From a virus (Duplodnaviria; Caudoviricetes): a stretch of 64,000 nt of DNA. Position 1 is the first letter of the stretch; each line of letters opens with the position of its first letter. The stretch lies in the IMG/VR virus record IMGVR_UViG_3300026549_000041, positions 64,001-128,000 of that record. One strand, 5' to 3'. A model generated the notes under the pieces. The model worked only from the letters and a program-made list of their open reading frames with translations, made no database searches and was not told the origin of the DNA. Below, in pieces: positions 46,013 through 57,700 of this stretch. The translations under genes and the position numbers were made by a program.

Positions 46013-49000
46013 TTATTTACGTTTTACATAGGAAGAATAGACATAGCCATACTTCCCATTGTACTTAATTAAATACCAGTCACCACTCTGACTGCATACG
46101 CCTACCTCTGTTCCTTTTCGAAGAGGACTAAAACTACAAGTATTTGCGGAAGAGTTAGGCTGAGTTCTTACATTTAATGTACCACCATTTGTATTAACAA
46201 CTCCCGTCCATTTAACCGTATGAATATCATCGGTTACTGGGTCTGGATTAGACACTTCACTTATTTTGGTTTTGCTAATATATTGCTTCTGAACATACCC
46301 AAATTTGCCATCGTATTTAATCAGATACCAATCACCTTGTTCATGAGATACACCAACTTCAGTACCTTGTTTTAAGCCACTGAAAGAGCATTCTTTTGCA
46401 GATATATTAGGCTGAAGTCTAACTGCAAGTTTTGTATTTCTGCCGATATTAACATAACCTTTCCATTTAACGCTATGCATATCATCAGACACAACAACTT
46501 TATTTGCATCAGATGTGATAGCAGTAGAAGAGTATGCTGGTCTACAGAATTTTGCATTAACATCTCTAAGGTTGTAAGTCTTCTGACAAACACCACCACC
46601 ATTAGGTACAACCGAAGATGCACCACTTGTATTACCTTCTATTGTAGTAAAAGTATTACCACTAACTGCAATGACTAATCCTGTATGAGCATATGCGCCA
46701 TTCTTCCAGAAGATTACAATATCACCAACTTGAGGAGTTGAATATTTTGTAAATAATCCAGCAAGAGTAGGACAGTAAACATATGGATAATGCTTAAGCA
46801 GTTCTTTTGCTCGTTCTTTACCTAATGCTTTTGTAAATACCCAAGTTATAAAACAACAGCACCACGGCTGACCTTGCCATTCTGGTTTAATCTCAAACCA
46901 ATGTTTGGTAGTATTTTCATCTGATGCCCCTTTTGTTTTATCATAAAGAATCTCTTTATTATTTTTATATTTAAGGGCTTTTTCAAGATATCCAAGATCG
47001 CTCTTCGCAACTTCAATAACCTTTTCAAGTTCAGATTTTTCAATCTTTACTGGCGCACTTGTTTCTATCACTTGATTAACAGAAGTTTTAACAAGATGAA
47101 AAGGCTTATATTGATATGACATATCAACGTTTCCACTAATACCGTTTACAGAACCCTTAGATGTATACTGCCACATCACATAAATGCCAGTATATTTAGT
47201 GGCATCAACACCATATTCAGCAACCCATGTATTTTCGTTTGTATCTGTAGCAAACTGACTCATATCAAGGTTGTTGTAAAGCCATGACCGTGACGCATAA
47301 ATACCAACAGGGATATCCCACTTCAGCAAATCATCACAAATAATCTTGAGCATTCTTGTTCTCTTTTCTTTAGAAAGATTATCAGAACGTCCACTCTTAT
47401 CACGTTGAACAACTTCACTATCTAAATAAACAGGCATTGCAATACCGCTTTTTATTACTTCATTTTTAATAAACAGTGCTTCTTCATGTGCCTCCGCATC
47501 TGTAATACTGCAAGGGAAGAAATAGAATCCATGCTCAATACCATATTTTTCACAAGCAGACCTGTATTCTTTATATTTAGGGTCATATGTAATAGCACCA
47601 GTCTTGCTTCCTCTATAACCAATTCTAATAATTACAGGATATCCAGTAGCTTTAACAGCACTCCAGTTTGTGACATTATTAAATTGAGATATATCAATAA
47701 CTGTTCTCTTTGTAAAAGCGGTTGTATTAGTTATCTTAGTGCCATAGCAATTATCATCGAACTGCCATGTCTCACCATCAATCTTAACTGTAACACTACG
47801 ATATGCGTGACCTTGATTTTTTCCACTAACTGGTTCAAGATAACATTTTCTGCCATTATAATCTAACCAACCAGTCTGCATATATCCATTTGTAGGATTA
47901 AGATAATACCAGTTATTATCATCATAAACCCAACTAGTCTTCATATAACCATCAGTTTTATCAAAGTAGAACCAAGACCAACCTTTACTCCACTTAAGAT
48001 ATTGCCAACCAGTAACCATATATCCATGTTCATCAAAGTAGAACCAGTTTTCGCCTTTACTCCATTTAAGTAATGCCCAACCAACAGCCCATGTACCATC
48101 TTTATATCTATACCGCCAGCCGTTAGAATCAATAACCCATCCTTCTAAATATCCACCATTATATGGGATAGTATAATTCCAAGAAGAACTGCCTTTTGTT
48201 ATTGTTGCCTTACCCATAGCAAATGTCATATTAATATCAGAACCAATGCAATCAATAACTGTAATCCCAGCCTCCTTACAACGCCTTGCACCATAAAGCG
48301 TAAAGTCATTAGTGCCAACGCCATTAGGCTCTAAATCGTTGTACCAACATAAGTTAGCACCATGAGATTTTAAACCATTTGCTTGCGATTGAGGACAATT
48401 GTTCCCATGATGTGGAATTTTAAAAAACTTGACCGTTAAGCCAAGTTTTTTAATAAAATCCCATATTCTTTCTGAACCATCACCACTTGTCCAGTAATAT
48501 AAATCGGGGAAGTATAAACACAAACTTCCGTCATTTACATAAGACCAACCATAAGTATCGTCATCTTCAACTTTACTTGGTTGTTCTCTATAGACATTAA
48601 ACTTAATATCCCCAAGTTCAACCTTATCACCATGAACAAGATATTTTACTTCAATATCTCTGTCCTTTGCTTCAGATATCATCCTATTAAGATAATCAAT
48701 ATCTTCTCTAACAGAATTACTGCCTCGATTATTACTAAGACCCTTTTTTAAAGAATTAGGGTCATAGCAATAAAAACATAAAACAGTAAAATAAGAATCT
48801 TTTATAATTTTTCTAAGACCATCCCCGTGGTCACTATGAGGATGTGTCAGTAATAAATATACTTTTTTAATATTATTTTCTTTTAAATAGGAGATAAGTC
48901 TTAATGCACATTCACCATCACCGCCATCAACAATAAAACAGATATTGTTTTTTGTGTCGATGAAGACTTGACTATCTCCATATCTCGTTTCTTTGCTTGG

Positions 49001-49033
49001 TCGTTTAAAACAAGCAACCCAACTTTTTATCAT
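46013..49033 (-). CDS. multidomain endolysin: MBL-fold hydrolase + cell-wall-binding repeats + GH25 muramidase + CHAP + 2 SH3b
   Basis: THPHSDH and PHHG; GW..WYYF repeats; IDISQFN..YLDSE..WQYTS; PWC..HTG..IEGN; two LNVR..P SH3 repeats; AGGAGG RBS. Confidence 0.88.
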   Translation of the reverse strand: MIKSWVACFKRPSKETRYGDSQVFIDTKNNICFIVDGGDGECALRLISYLKENNIKKVYLLLTHPHSDHGDGLRKIIKDSYFTVLCFYCYDPNSLKKGLSNNRGSNSVREDIDYLNRMISEAKDRDIEVKYLVHGDKVELGDIKFNVYREQPSKVEDDDTYGWSYVNDGSLCLYFPDLYYWTSGDGSERIWDFIKKLGLTVKFFKIPHHGNNCPQSQANGLKSHGANLCWYNDLEPNGVGTNDFTLYGARRCKEAGITVIDCIGSDINMTFAMGKATITKGSSSWNYTIPYNGGYLEGWVIDSNGWRYRYKDGTWAVGWALLKWSKGENWFYFDEHGYMVTGWQYLKWSKGWSWFYFDKTDGYMKTSWVYDDNNWYYLNPTNGYMQTGWLDYNGRKCYLEPVSGKNQGHAYRSVTVKIDGETWQFDDNCYGTKITNTTAFTKRTVIDISQFNNVTNWSAVKATGYPVIIRIGYRGSKTGAITYDPKYKEYRSACEKYGIEHGFYFFPCSITDAEAHEEALFIKNEVIKSGIAMPVYLDSEVVQRDKSGRSDNLSKEKRTRMLKIICDDLLKWDIPVGIYASRSWLYNNLDMSQFATDTNENTWVAEYGVDATKYTGIYVMWQYTSKGSVNGISGNVDMSYQYKPFHLVKTSVNQVIETSAPVKIEKSELEKVIEVAKSDLGYLEKALKYKNNKEILYDKTKGASDENTTKHWFEIKPEWQGQPWCCCFITWVFTKALGKERAKELLKHYPYVYCPTLAGLFTKYSTPQVGDIVIFWKNGAYAHTGLVIAVSGNTFTTIEGNTSGASSVVPNGGGVCQKTYNLRDVNAKFCRPAYSSTAITSDANKVVVSDDMHSVKWKGYVNIGRNTKLAVRLQPNISAKECSFSGLKQGTEVGVSHEQGDWYLIKYDGKFGYVQKQYISKTKISEVSNPDPVTDDIHTVKWTGVVNTNGGTLNVRTQPNSSANTCSFSPLRKGTEVGVCSQSGDWYLIKYNGKYGYVYSSYVKRK

Positions 49034-49089
49034 ATATGTCCTCCTTTTTAGACAATAAAAAAAGAACATAATGTTCTTTGAATTCTTAC

Positions 49090-52000
49090 TTATAATGCGC
49101 TTGATTTAATACACAAAACTTTAAAAGTTAATTTAATTCTAAGAGCAGAACCACCAGTATTCCAGTTACCAATATAACAAGTAATATTACTTCCAGATAA
49201 ATTTATATAGCCCATAAGCGCCCATGTATAATGAGCATAAGAGCTAGTCCAATCACTTGCATCTATAATCTGATATGAACTAAAAGCAATCGGAGTATAT
49301 CCAGCAGCACCAACCGCTATAGTTGGTGTAATACCATTATTATAACTTATGGTTAATTTATCTCTAGTTACTGTAACAATTTTAAATAATGGGTTATTAG
49401 TCGAAGAAGCATCTAATAATCTTCCATTTAGTCTAAGATTTCCAACAACCGATGCGATGCCAGTAACAGTTAAATTCTTATCAACATATTGACTATCTCT
49501 AACAACAAGGTCAGTTCCTACAATTACACTGCCGTTATTTAATACTCTAAATTTTGGATTACGATTTTCATCTTCACATAGTAAATAATCAGTGGCATTT
49601 GTGCTTTTTTTATTTATTGTAATATTTGGAATATTGTCAGCAGAACCTTCTACAATTAAACTTTTGCCAACTTCAAGGTCACCCATATTTTCAACATTAC
49701 CATCCCAATCTACATTAAATGCATTTGACCTATCGGTATCATTTGCGCCATTACCAATGGCAAAAGCAAGTGGGAAAAACTCATCATTATTTAAGTTATA
49801 TCTACCAATAGATAATTGATTATCATTATTAGCATACAAACTTTCACCCATTGTTACTGAAAACGGAGCCATTATTGCATTTTTGCCTCTTGTTCCAAAT
49901 GTCATAGCAGGGGCTTTTGTATAAGCAGAACTTTGATAAATTTCGCCATAAGCAACTTTGCTCCACAAACCCAGAAACATTGACTCATTTTCATTGTTGC
50001 CACTTGTTCTGACACATTTACCATGAAATGATGATAACGTAATTGTTATTGCCCCATCATAAGTGACTGTTTCAACAGCGGTTAAATCATACGAATCTCC
50101 AAAAATATTTACAAAAGATGCAGTAATTGTATAGGTAGTGGTTTGGGCTGTTCCATGTGTAAAAGTAAAAGGCGGTAAATCAATGGAATATTTACTTGCG
50201 TTGAAACCATAGGCAAAACCAGAAATTTGAATTGCGCTACTATTAACCGAATTAACTTTTACATTTGTTAAATTTGATTTGCAATATTCAATTGCAAATA
50301 TAGCGGTCATACTTTTATTATAAAATGTCACATCTACAGAAAAACCAGAACCAACAGTATCGAGCGTAATGGAGGTTGAAGACCACACATCGGTCTCACC
50401 AGAAGGCGCTACCTCTGCCTCTGTAACAACAGTTCCTTCTGTTGAATTAACAGAAAATACCGTTGCTCCACTATTATTAATTGATTTTATTCCGTCTTTT
50501 TCAATTACAAATCTTTGTTCATTATTCGCTCCAATAATTGCACCACTTGCGCCAAATGTAGCCAATTCTTTTTTATATATAGGGTCATAGAACCTAGTAT
50601 TATCACCAGTAAAACTGGCAAGAGTTGTTGTACCATTTCTTATATCAACAGAGTCATTGTCAATAAATACGTTTCTACCAGTTGCAGTACTGGGTGTTTG
50701 TTCACCATCTTGCATATCGGCAACCATAATACCAGTATTATCAACCGCCAAATAATTTGTCGCAACCTTTCTAGCATCTATTGCATTAGCATTTGCATCT
50801 GTCAACCCATTATCTAAAACAGCAGTTGTATCAGTTTCTGTGTTATCAGTCCAAACAATATGGCTTTTAGTCCAATAATAACAATCCTCAACATAAGGTG
50901 GAACTGTAGTAGACCACGAACCGCCAATTTGCGTAGTGTTAGATGTGGATAAATAATATTGATTAGTAATAGAAGACACTCCTTTACCAGTATCTCCATG
51001 TACGCCTTTTATATTATTTACATATATCCATTTTGCAGTAGATGCATCTCCACCTAATGTACAACGATAAGTATTATATGTGCTTGTATTAAGATACATA
51101 TCCCCTTCAACAGCAGAAGATATTCCACTTCCAGAAAAAACAGTAGCAGTAGTAGACGTTCCTGTTATAGATGTACCAGAATACCATCTGCCACCATCTT
51201 TACCATCTTCTCCGTCAAGTGCAAGACCATATGTAAATTTTTTAGTAAAAACTTTATTATCAACTGTAATTGGAACATTTAATACACCATTTTTTGCGAC
51301 CATAGATGAAGTAACACTTACCCTAAAAGCGGCATTAACCGTTCCATTGTTTAATAATGATGTAGTCATTCCTGTAGGTTGACCAGTAATCGTACCAATT
51401 GTAGCCGCTATTTGAGTTGTTCCTTTATAAGCAATAACATTACATTCAATTTCACTTGCAATAGCAGAAGTTGTATTACCAGCAAATGTATGATTTTCAT
51501 TTGTCAATATGACAGTATAAGCATCATTACCATCTACACCATCAGTAACGACAGAGATTACTTGTTGGTCGAGTAGAGTATTAGTACCACCAGATGCGTA
51601 TAAAGAACAACGAAGAGCAACAATATCATCAAGTTCTGAAAAATCTAACTCTACTGTTGGTTCATTTAAAGTCGATGTATATTGAATTTCCCAATTTTCA
51701 TTATCTGTTGTTGTTTCAATTCTAAATCTACCATGATAATTACCCATAGTATTTGTACCAGTTTTTGATTTTGCCGTTAAAGTAACATAATAAGGAGAAT
51801 AAATCCCATTTTTATCTTTTACGACTGTAACAGGAGATACAATTAATTGATATACTGTAGAAGCAAACCCTTGCCTATTACCAGCAAATACTGTCGTACC
51901 ATCAGCGGAAACAGATAATACAGTATATCTATAATAACTGTACATAATAATATCCCCAACCTTAACAGATGCATTAGAATCTCCTATTAAATTAGAAACA

Positions 52001-52101
52001 GTAAAAGTATAACTTGGATATTCTGGCGCTACAGTTGTAGTCCAAATTTGTGACCCCTCTTGCACTTCTGTTATTGTATATGTGCCATAGCTGACTGCCA
52101 T
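49090..52101 (-). CDS. tail fibre / receptor-binding protein
   Basis: DAYTVILTNENHTF, GEDGKDG, GDMYLNT, YYLSTS..WSTT.P repeats, RSNAF.VDWDG. Confidence 0.75.
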   Translation of the reverse strand: MAVSYGTYTITEVQEGSQIWTTTVAPEYPSYTFTVSNLIGDSNASVKVGDIIMYSYYRYTVLSVSADGTTVFAGNRQGFASTVYQLIVSPVTVVKDKNGIYSPYYVTLTAKSKTGTNTMGNYHGRFRIETTTDNENWEIQYTSTLNEPTVELDFSELDDIVALRCSLYASGGTNTLLDQQVISVVTDGVDGNDAYTVILTNENHTFAGNTTSAIASEIECNVIAYKGTTQIAATIGTITGQPTGMTTSLLNNGTVNAAFRVSVTSSMVAKNGVLNVPITVDNKVFTKKFTYGLALDGEDGKDGGRWYSGTSITGTSTTATVFSGSGISSAVEGDMYLNTSTYNTYRCTLGGDASTAKWIYVNNIKGVHGDTGKGVSSITNQYYLSTSNTTQIGGSWSTTVPPYVEDCYYWTKSHIVWTDNTETDTTAVLDNGLTDANANAIDARKVATNYLAVDNTGIMVADMQDGEQTPSTATGRNVFIDNDSVDIRNGTTTLASFTGDNTRFYDPIYKKELATFGASGAIIGANNEQRFVIEKDGIKSINNSGATVFSVNSTEGTVVTEAEVAPSGETDVWSSTSITLDTVGSGFSVDVTFYNKSMTAIFAIEYCKSNLTNVKVNSVNSSAIQISGFAYGFNASKYSIDLPPFTFTHGTAQTTTYTITASFVNIFGDSYDLTAVETVTYDGAITITLSSFHGKCVRTSGNNENESMFLGLWSKVAYGEIYQSSAYTKAPAMTFGTRGKNAIMAPFSVTMGESLYANNDNQLSIGRYNLNNDEFFPLAFAIGNGANDTDRSNAFNVDWDGNVENMGDLEVGKSLIVEGSADNIPNITINKKSTNATDYLLCEDENRNPKFRVLNNGSVIVGTDLVVRDSQYVDKNLTVTGIASVVGNLRLNGRLLDASSTNNPLFKIVTVTRDKLTISYNNGITPTIAVGAAGYTPIAFSSYQIIDASDWTSSYAHYTWALMGYINLSGSNITCYIGNWNTGGSALRIKLTFKVLCIKSSAL

Positions 52102-52122
52102 ATAAGCACCTCCTTTTATCCT

Positions 52123-54672
52123 TTAAATTGTTACCTTTACATCAATGGTAAGTTTTTTGTCAACTAAATCACCATCAATATAAATTACTTTTGCTCCTTT
52201 ACCACCAGCAGAAGGAGTCCCAGTAGTTGTTGGGTTTCCGTCTTTATCACGGTAATACCAATTATATGTCCCTGTATATGTATCAGTTGCAACATTCCAT
52301 TTTGTTGTATATTTATAAAGTGTTACAGTCTTTGCCGTTGAATCAAGTAAATAACAGTAATCACCATTTTTATTACCAGATGTGGGCAATGTATCTACAA
52401 ATCTTTCTGATTTAATAGGGTCAAGCTCTTTACCATTTCTATATACCATTGCATAAATAGCACCAACACCATTTCCATTAACAAGCTTGTCACCAACAGA
52501 TGAAAGAAGTGTAACTTGAATTGGGTCTTGTTTATCTAATACAGACATATACTGTATATAATCTTCATCGTTATAATGTGCTATACATTGAAAAGATGCG
52601 TAACCATCTACCATAGAGTTTGTAACAGTTAATGTTTTTGCTGTTTGCCCACTAATTGTCGAATAAGAACCATTTTCAAACTTTTTCCATATATATGTGG
52701 CTGAATTAGTTACATCAGTTGCACCATCAATTAATGCAGCTTCAATTGTTACAGTACCAGTACCATTTTCAATTATATTTCCTCCATTAGGCGTACCGAG
52801 TTGAAGAATAACTGCATTAATTCCATTCGTACCATCTTTACCTTGTCTTGCTTTACCCCAGCTATAATCATATGTAACTGTTTTATTTGCTTCTGTAAAT
52901 CTAAATGTAAACGTAATAACACCATTATCATTTGAAATAGCTGTTCCAGCTGTAATAACATATTGAATAGAACCATCAGCACTTGTTGTAGCATTTGTAA
53001 CGGTTGGTGTAATTCCAAAAAGACTTGGTGGATTAACCACTGTTGTTGCCACTTTAGTTGTTCCTTGATATCCAGCAAATGGTATAAGAATTGTATAAGT
53101 CGATGTTACTTTTCCATCACCATCTACAGGAATACCATCATAAGAATTTCCTACAATAATATTTAATGCATCAGTTCCATCATCACCTTTATCACCTTTA
53201 CCACCAGTCTGACCATCTGTTGTTACTGCAACAGTTTGTATATCAAGTTGTTTTGATGTGCCGCCAGATTCAAATAAAACACATACAATAGATGTACAAT
53301 TTTTACCTGTTACAGGAGTATAATCACGATATCCATCATTTTCGTCAGAACTTGATGTATATTTTGCTTCAGTAGATGGAGTTATATCTTTTGCTAAAAT
53401 ATTTTCATATATTTTAAATCTGCCTTTATAAATACTCTTTGTCTGATTTTGTGTTTGATACGAATAAAACCTGACAGAAGCAGGTGTAAAAGTCGGCGTA
53501 TTTCCAATAGTTTTATTTAAAGCCAATGTGCTTGGCTCAAGACTATAAACAATGGGAGATTGACCGTCAGCACCACTTTCAATTTTAATTACTGAAAATT
53601 GTTTTAAGATTGGGTCATGCCCATTCTTTGTGGCTGTAAAATTTATAGTGCCAGTTGAACCAACCATATTTGTAATTGCCACAGTATCATTCGCAACAGT
53701 TGTAGTAGAAGTATTAACAGTAAGATTATTAGTATCATAAGATACATTAATACTCCATTGACTAGTAATATCTTCCCCACTTTCATAAATAATAATTCTA
53801 GAAACTGCGTCAGAATAATCAGCAACTCCAGAAGAATTAACTGGTATCATTTGGTCTTCATTTGTTAAAACAGCAGAAATAGTATCTGTGCCAGCCGCAC
53901 CATCTCTAAGTTTTGTAATTGTATGATAATCATATATATCATTATTAGTTGTAACAAGTTTAATTACACATTTATCATTTGTAAAAACAGAATGACTTTC
54001 ATTAACAGTTAATGTTGGACTAGTTCCACTATTTGGATAAGTAGCCCAAGAACCATTAGATTGTTGATATTGCCATGCGCTAATATTTACACCAGAACCA
54101 GTTACTCTACCATTTAAAGTTATTGTTGATGTACCTTTAATTGTTCCATCACCATTATATTTAAAAACACTTTCTCCAGTAATAGTAGCAGATTTAACAC
54201 TAGAAGCCTGTTTTGTCATTGTGAATGTAATTTCACCTTGTGCAGTTAAAGCCTGACTAAGAGTCGGCTCTTGATAAGACACAGCTACAATATATGTAAT
54301 CATTGTACTATTTTCAGTAAATTTATTTTGATTTACAACGAGTGTTCCTTTAGGTATGGTTTCACCACCGACTTCCATAGTGCCATCACTAATAGTCTCA
54401 CCTGTTGTAAGAGCAGTTACAGCTCCAATTCCTTCTCGCCTAGACCAAGTTACAGTTACATTATTATCGCTTGTAGACAATTGTTCACCACCATACCAAA
54501 TAGATGGAGAGAGTATAAGATTATTTGACCCCCAGTTTGGTGTAAATGAATTTTGGTCTGGACTATATATTATACTTTGTGGCAGATTTGATTTTGGATA
54601 TATCGAAAGTTCCCCGACATCTGTAACATCCACTATTGAAATACTGCCATAAGATACAGTTGTTGTTGCCAT
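52123..54672 (-). CDS. minor tail/baseplate protein
   Basis: GSISIVDVTD N-terminus, Ig-like beta repeats, short collagen linkers. Confidence 0.75.
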   Translation of the reverse strand: MATTTVSYGSISIVDVTDVGELSIYPKSNLPQSIIYSPDQNSFTPNWGSNNLILSPSIWYGGEQLSTSDNNVTVTWSRREGIGAVTALTTGETISDGTMEVGGETIPKGTLVVNQNKFTENSTMITYIVAVSYQEPTLSQALTAQGEITFTMTKQASSVKSATITGESVFKYNGDGTIKGTSTITLNGRVTGSGVNISAWQYQQSNGSWATYPNSGTSPTLTVNESHSVFTNDKCVIKLVTTNNDIYDYHTITKLRDGAAGTDTISAVLTNEDQMIPVNSSGVADYSDAVSRIIIYESGEDITSQWSINVSYDTNNLTVNTSTTTVANDTVAITNMVGSTGTINFTATKNGHDPILKQFSVIKIESGADGQSPIVYSLEPSTLALNKTIGNTPTFTPASVRFYSYQTQNQTKSIYKGRFKIYENILAKDITPSTEAKYTSSSDENDGYRDYTPVTGKNCTSIVCVLFESGGTSKQLDIQTVAVTTDGQTGGKGDKGDDGTDALNIIVGNSYDGIPVDGDGKVTSTYTILIPFAGYQGTTKVATTVVNPPSLFGITPTVTNATTSADGSIQYVITAGTAISNDNGVITFTFRFTEANKTVTYDYSWGKARQGKDGTNGINAVILQLGTPNGGNIIENGTGTVTIEAALIDGATDVTNSATYIWKKFENGSYSTISGQTAKTLTVTNSMVDGYASFQCIAHYNDEDYIQYMSVLDKQDPIQVTLLSSVGDKLVNGNGVGAIYAMVYRNGKELDPIKSERFVDTLPTSGNKNGDYCYLLDSTAKTVTLYKYTTKWNVATDTYTGTYNWYYRDKDGNPTTTGTPSAGGKGAKVIYIDGDLVDKKLTIDVKVTI

Positions 54673-54729
54673 ATATTTTCCTCCATAAAAAAAGATTGAA
54701 AAATCAATCCTTATCCTTTTATTCTATAT

Positions 54730-57700
54730 TTATTGTTCTATTGTTACCTCACAACCAAATACCGCTTTACTAGTAACATCATCTGAATTTATTGTAATTA
54801 TATTTGAAGTTGTGTATCTTGACCAAGAGGGGTCTAAATTTCCATTTTTATCCTTTTTAGTCCATTTAAATCTAGTTATTTCTGAAGTAATATCTTCACC
54901 ACCTCTATATACAGTAGCCGTAAGAATTGTTGATATATTTTTATTTTTAAATATATTTCCAGCACTTGAATCTATTTGTATAGTAATTGGTAAAGATATT
55001 TCAACATCTTCAATTGCTTCATTTATATATTCAATAAGTGGTTTACCACCTAATGTAATTGAATTTCCTGCTATTTTTACATCGCCATCAGAATCCACAT
55101 AGATATATTTTTCTACATATGGTCTACCTTGGTCATCTACTTTTTGCTTTTGTACAACAAATAAATCTGTATTATCTTCACCGTCAATGGCAGTAACCTT
55201 TAAACCGTCATCACCCATTTCAAATTTTCCAGATTCAGAAAATATTTTAAGATTTTCACCCAATAATAATTGACCGACAATAGTAGATGCAATAATACCA
55301 TAATCTTCTTTGGTTGTTTTAGTTTCAGGGTCATAATACATAAAATGACCAAGACCAGCTTTTACTGTTTCCCAATCATCATTTGTATAATATATACCTT
55401 TATTTAATAATTTAATTTGTTCAGGACTATATTCATCATCAAAATCATTTTTAGCTCTCATTAATGCACCCTGAGAATTTAATACAAAATTTTGTGTATT
55501 AACATCATTTATAATTTTATTTTGATTTAATATAAGTCCTTGTTTTTTCTGTTGTTCAATTGTTTTATTTGCTACAACGCCCTTTTCAGCTTGTCTCATT
55601 ACTGTATTATAACTAGTTGCCATAGTACGTGCTTGAGATAGAAGACTAGCGATATCAGACATTGTATCTCCAGAATAAATAACATCAGAAAATTCAACTT
55701 CTAATTCTTCTGGTTTTGTATAATCTATTTCCCAATTAGTTAATCTTAATTTATAAACCTTATCATCAACTCTTACTCTTAACCAATTACCGCCATCAAA
55801 CAAACTAATAAATCTTTTAAGAGTCGAATCAACAAAATGAACTCCATCTCCAACATTATGAACTTCTCCATTACTATCAATATATAAACCTTCACCAATA
55901 TATTGAATTTGAGAACTATCATCACTAACAAGTATTTTTCTAAATTCTGGTAGCAAGAATAAATTATATAAAGAACAACTAATAGAATGTTGAATAGTAG
56001 AGGCTTTTATAATTTCTTCTTGTGCTTTTTTAAAATAATCTTGTGCTCTACTAATAACCTCGCTATCTGCCAATCCATCTGATATAAAATTTGAATTAGA
56101 ATATTCCGTTTCTCTTCTATATAACATTAATTCAGAATATAATTCTTCTCCAAAAAAGTTATGCATATCAAGAGTATTAATTATATCCTGTCTAACAACA
56201 TCTATATCTTCAATAACTTGTTCAACAGTTTTTATTTCTTCTTCTCGAACCGTTTCTTCTTCCATAATTAATTTTCTTTTTTTCCAATATGGATGATAAA
56301 ACTGTTCATAATATGGACTATCTACAGTGCCTTGATTAGCATCTGCTAAAATATCCATAGTAGCAGAACATAAATCATCAAGTAAGCTTAATGCATCTAA
56401 AGAATACTTTTGTAATTTAGGTTTAAAAACCGTTTCAAGTTCTTCATCAGTATAATCTTCTTGAAGAAAAGATACATCTCCAATATCTTCAACTTTATGT
56501 TCTTCCATCATTTTTTGGATTTTTTGTTTTAAAAACTGAGCACCATCATTATTAAAAATAATAGTCAAAGTTGTATTTGCAGTATCTTCATTATCAGTTA
56601 AAGAAGTTACTGTAATAGTTCCTGTCCAAATATTATTTTCATAAGTTGAATCAGTAATTTCAATTTTATATCTTGAAGTATCAACATATACTTTAGCATA
56701 AGATTCTACAGCAGTATTGGCAGCTGTTAAAGACATAGCAGAAGAGTCTTCAGTCCCAATTGGTGACATATGCTCAAGTGTAAGTTTGGCTATTTGTTCA
56801 TCAGCTGTGGTTTCAGCCACATCTGGAGACGATGGCATCATAGTTGTTTGCAAACAATCTTTAAAATTAACTGCATTATAATCATAATTAGTTAATTCAG
56901 CATATCCCTGAATTGGATTATTCATAACAGGAATATCTTCTTTAATATAGTTTTGATATTTATTAACTAATATATTATATTTATTTATATTTTCATCAGG
57001 AAGATATATACTATAATCTTTTAAATAACCATCATATATAGTTTCATATTGATTTAATTTAGTTACCAATTCATCCGACATATCTTCTTTCATTTCATCT
57101 GAAAAATAAAAAAGATAATTTGAACCATTTGGATTACAATTTCGAATAGCTGCTTCCATATATTCATCACCAGCACCCATTTTAAAAAAGTTTTTAACTT
57201 GGTCTGTATTAGATGTAAAAGATATAGAATCAGTTAGATTTTCAGCATTAATAAAAATACCAGTATCTTCTCCATAACCATTTTGAATATTGGTACTTCC
57301 ACAATTGGTACATACTCCATGAGTATAATTACCACGCTTTCCGCAATCTTCACAATAATCCATTAAATCATAAGCAGAAATTGTTCTATGAAATATATTA
57401 TCATCTGTATTATTATCAGATTCTCCAAATATAAATAAACATCCAATTTCTGGAGCAATAGTTTGATTTAAAGCATCAACAATAGAAGTTCCATTAAAAC
57501 TAAATTCTCTTTGAAGATTTTTTAATGTTTCATCTACATGAACAATTGAATAATGAGACGCTTTATCTGATAATAAACGATGTAGAAGAGAGGCTTTAGG
57601 ATGTTCAGGATTATAAAAAACAGTCCCATATTCTTTCCCATCTATAGTTATTATTTCATAATCATCTCTAGCTATATCGTTCTCTGTATTAATTTCAATA

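Noticed and set aside
42564-52101. Diversity-generating retroelement or invertible tail-fibre switch
   Set aside because: No reverse transcriptase, invertase, template/variable repeat pair or flanking inverted repeats seen in this window.
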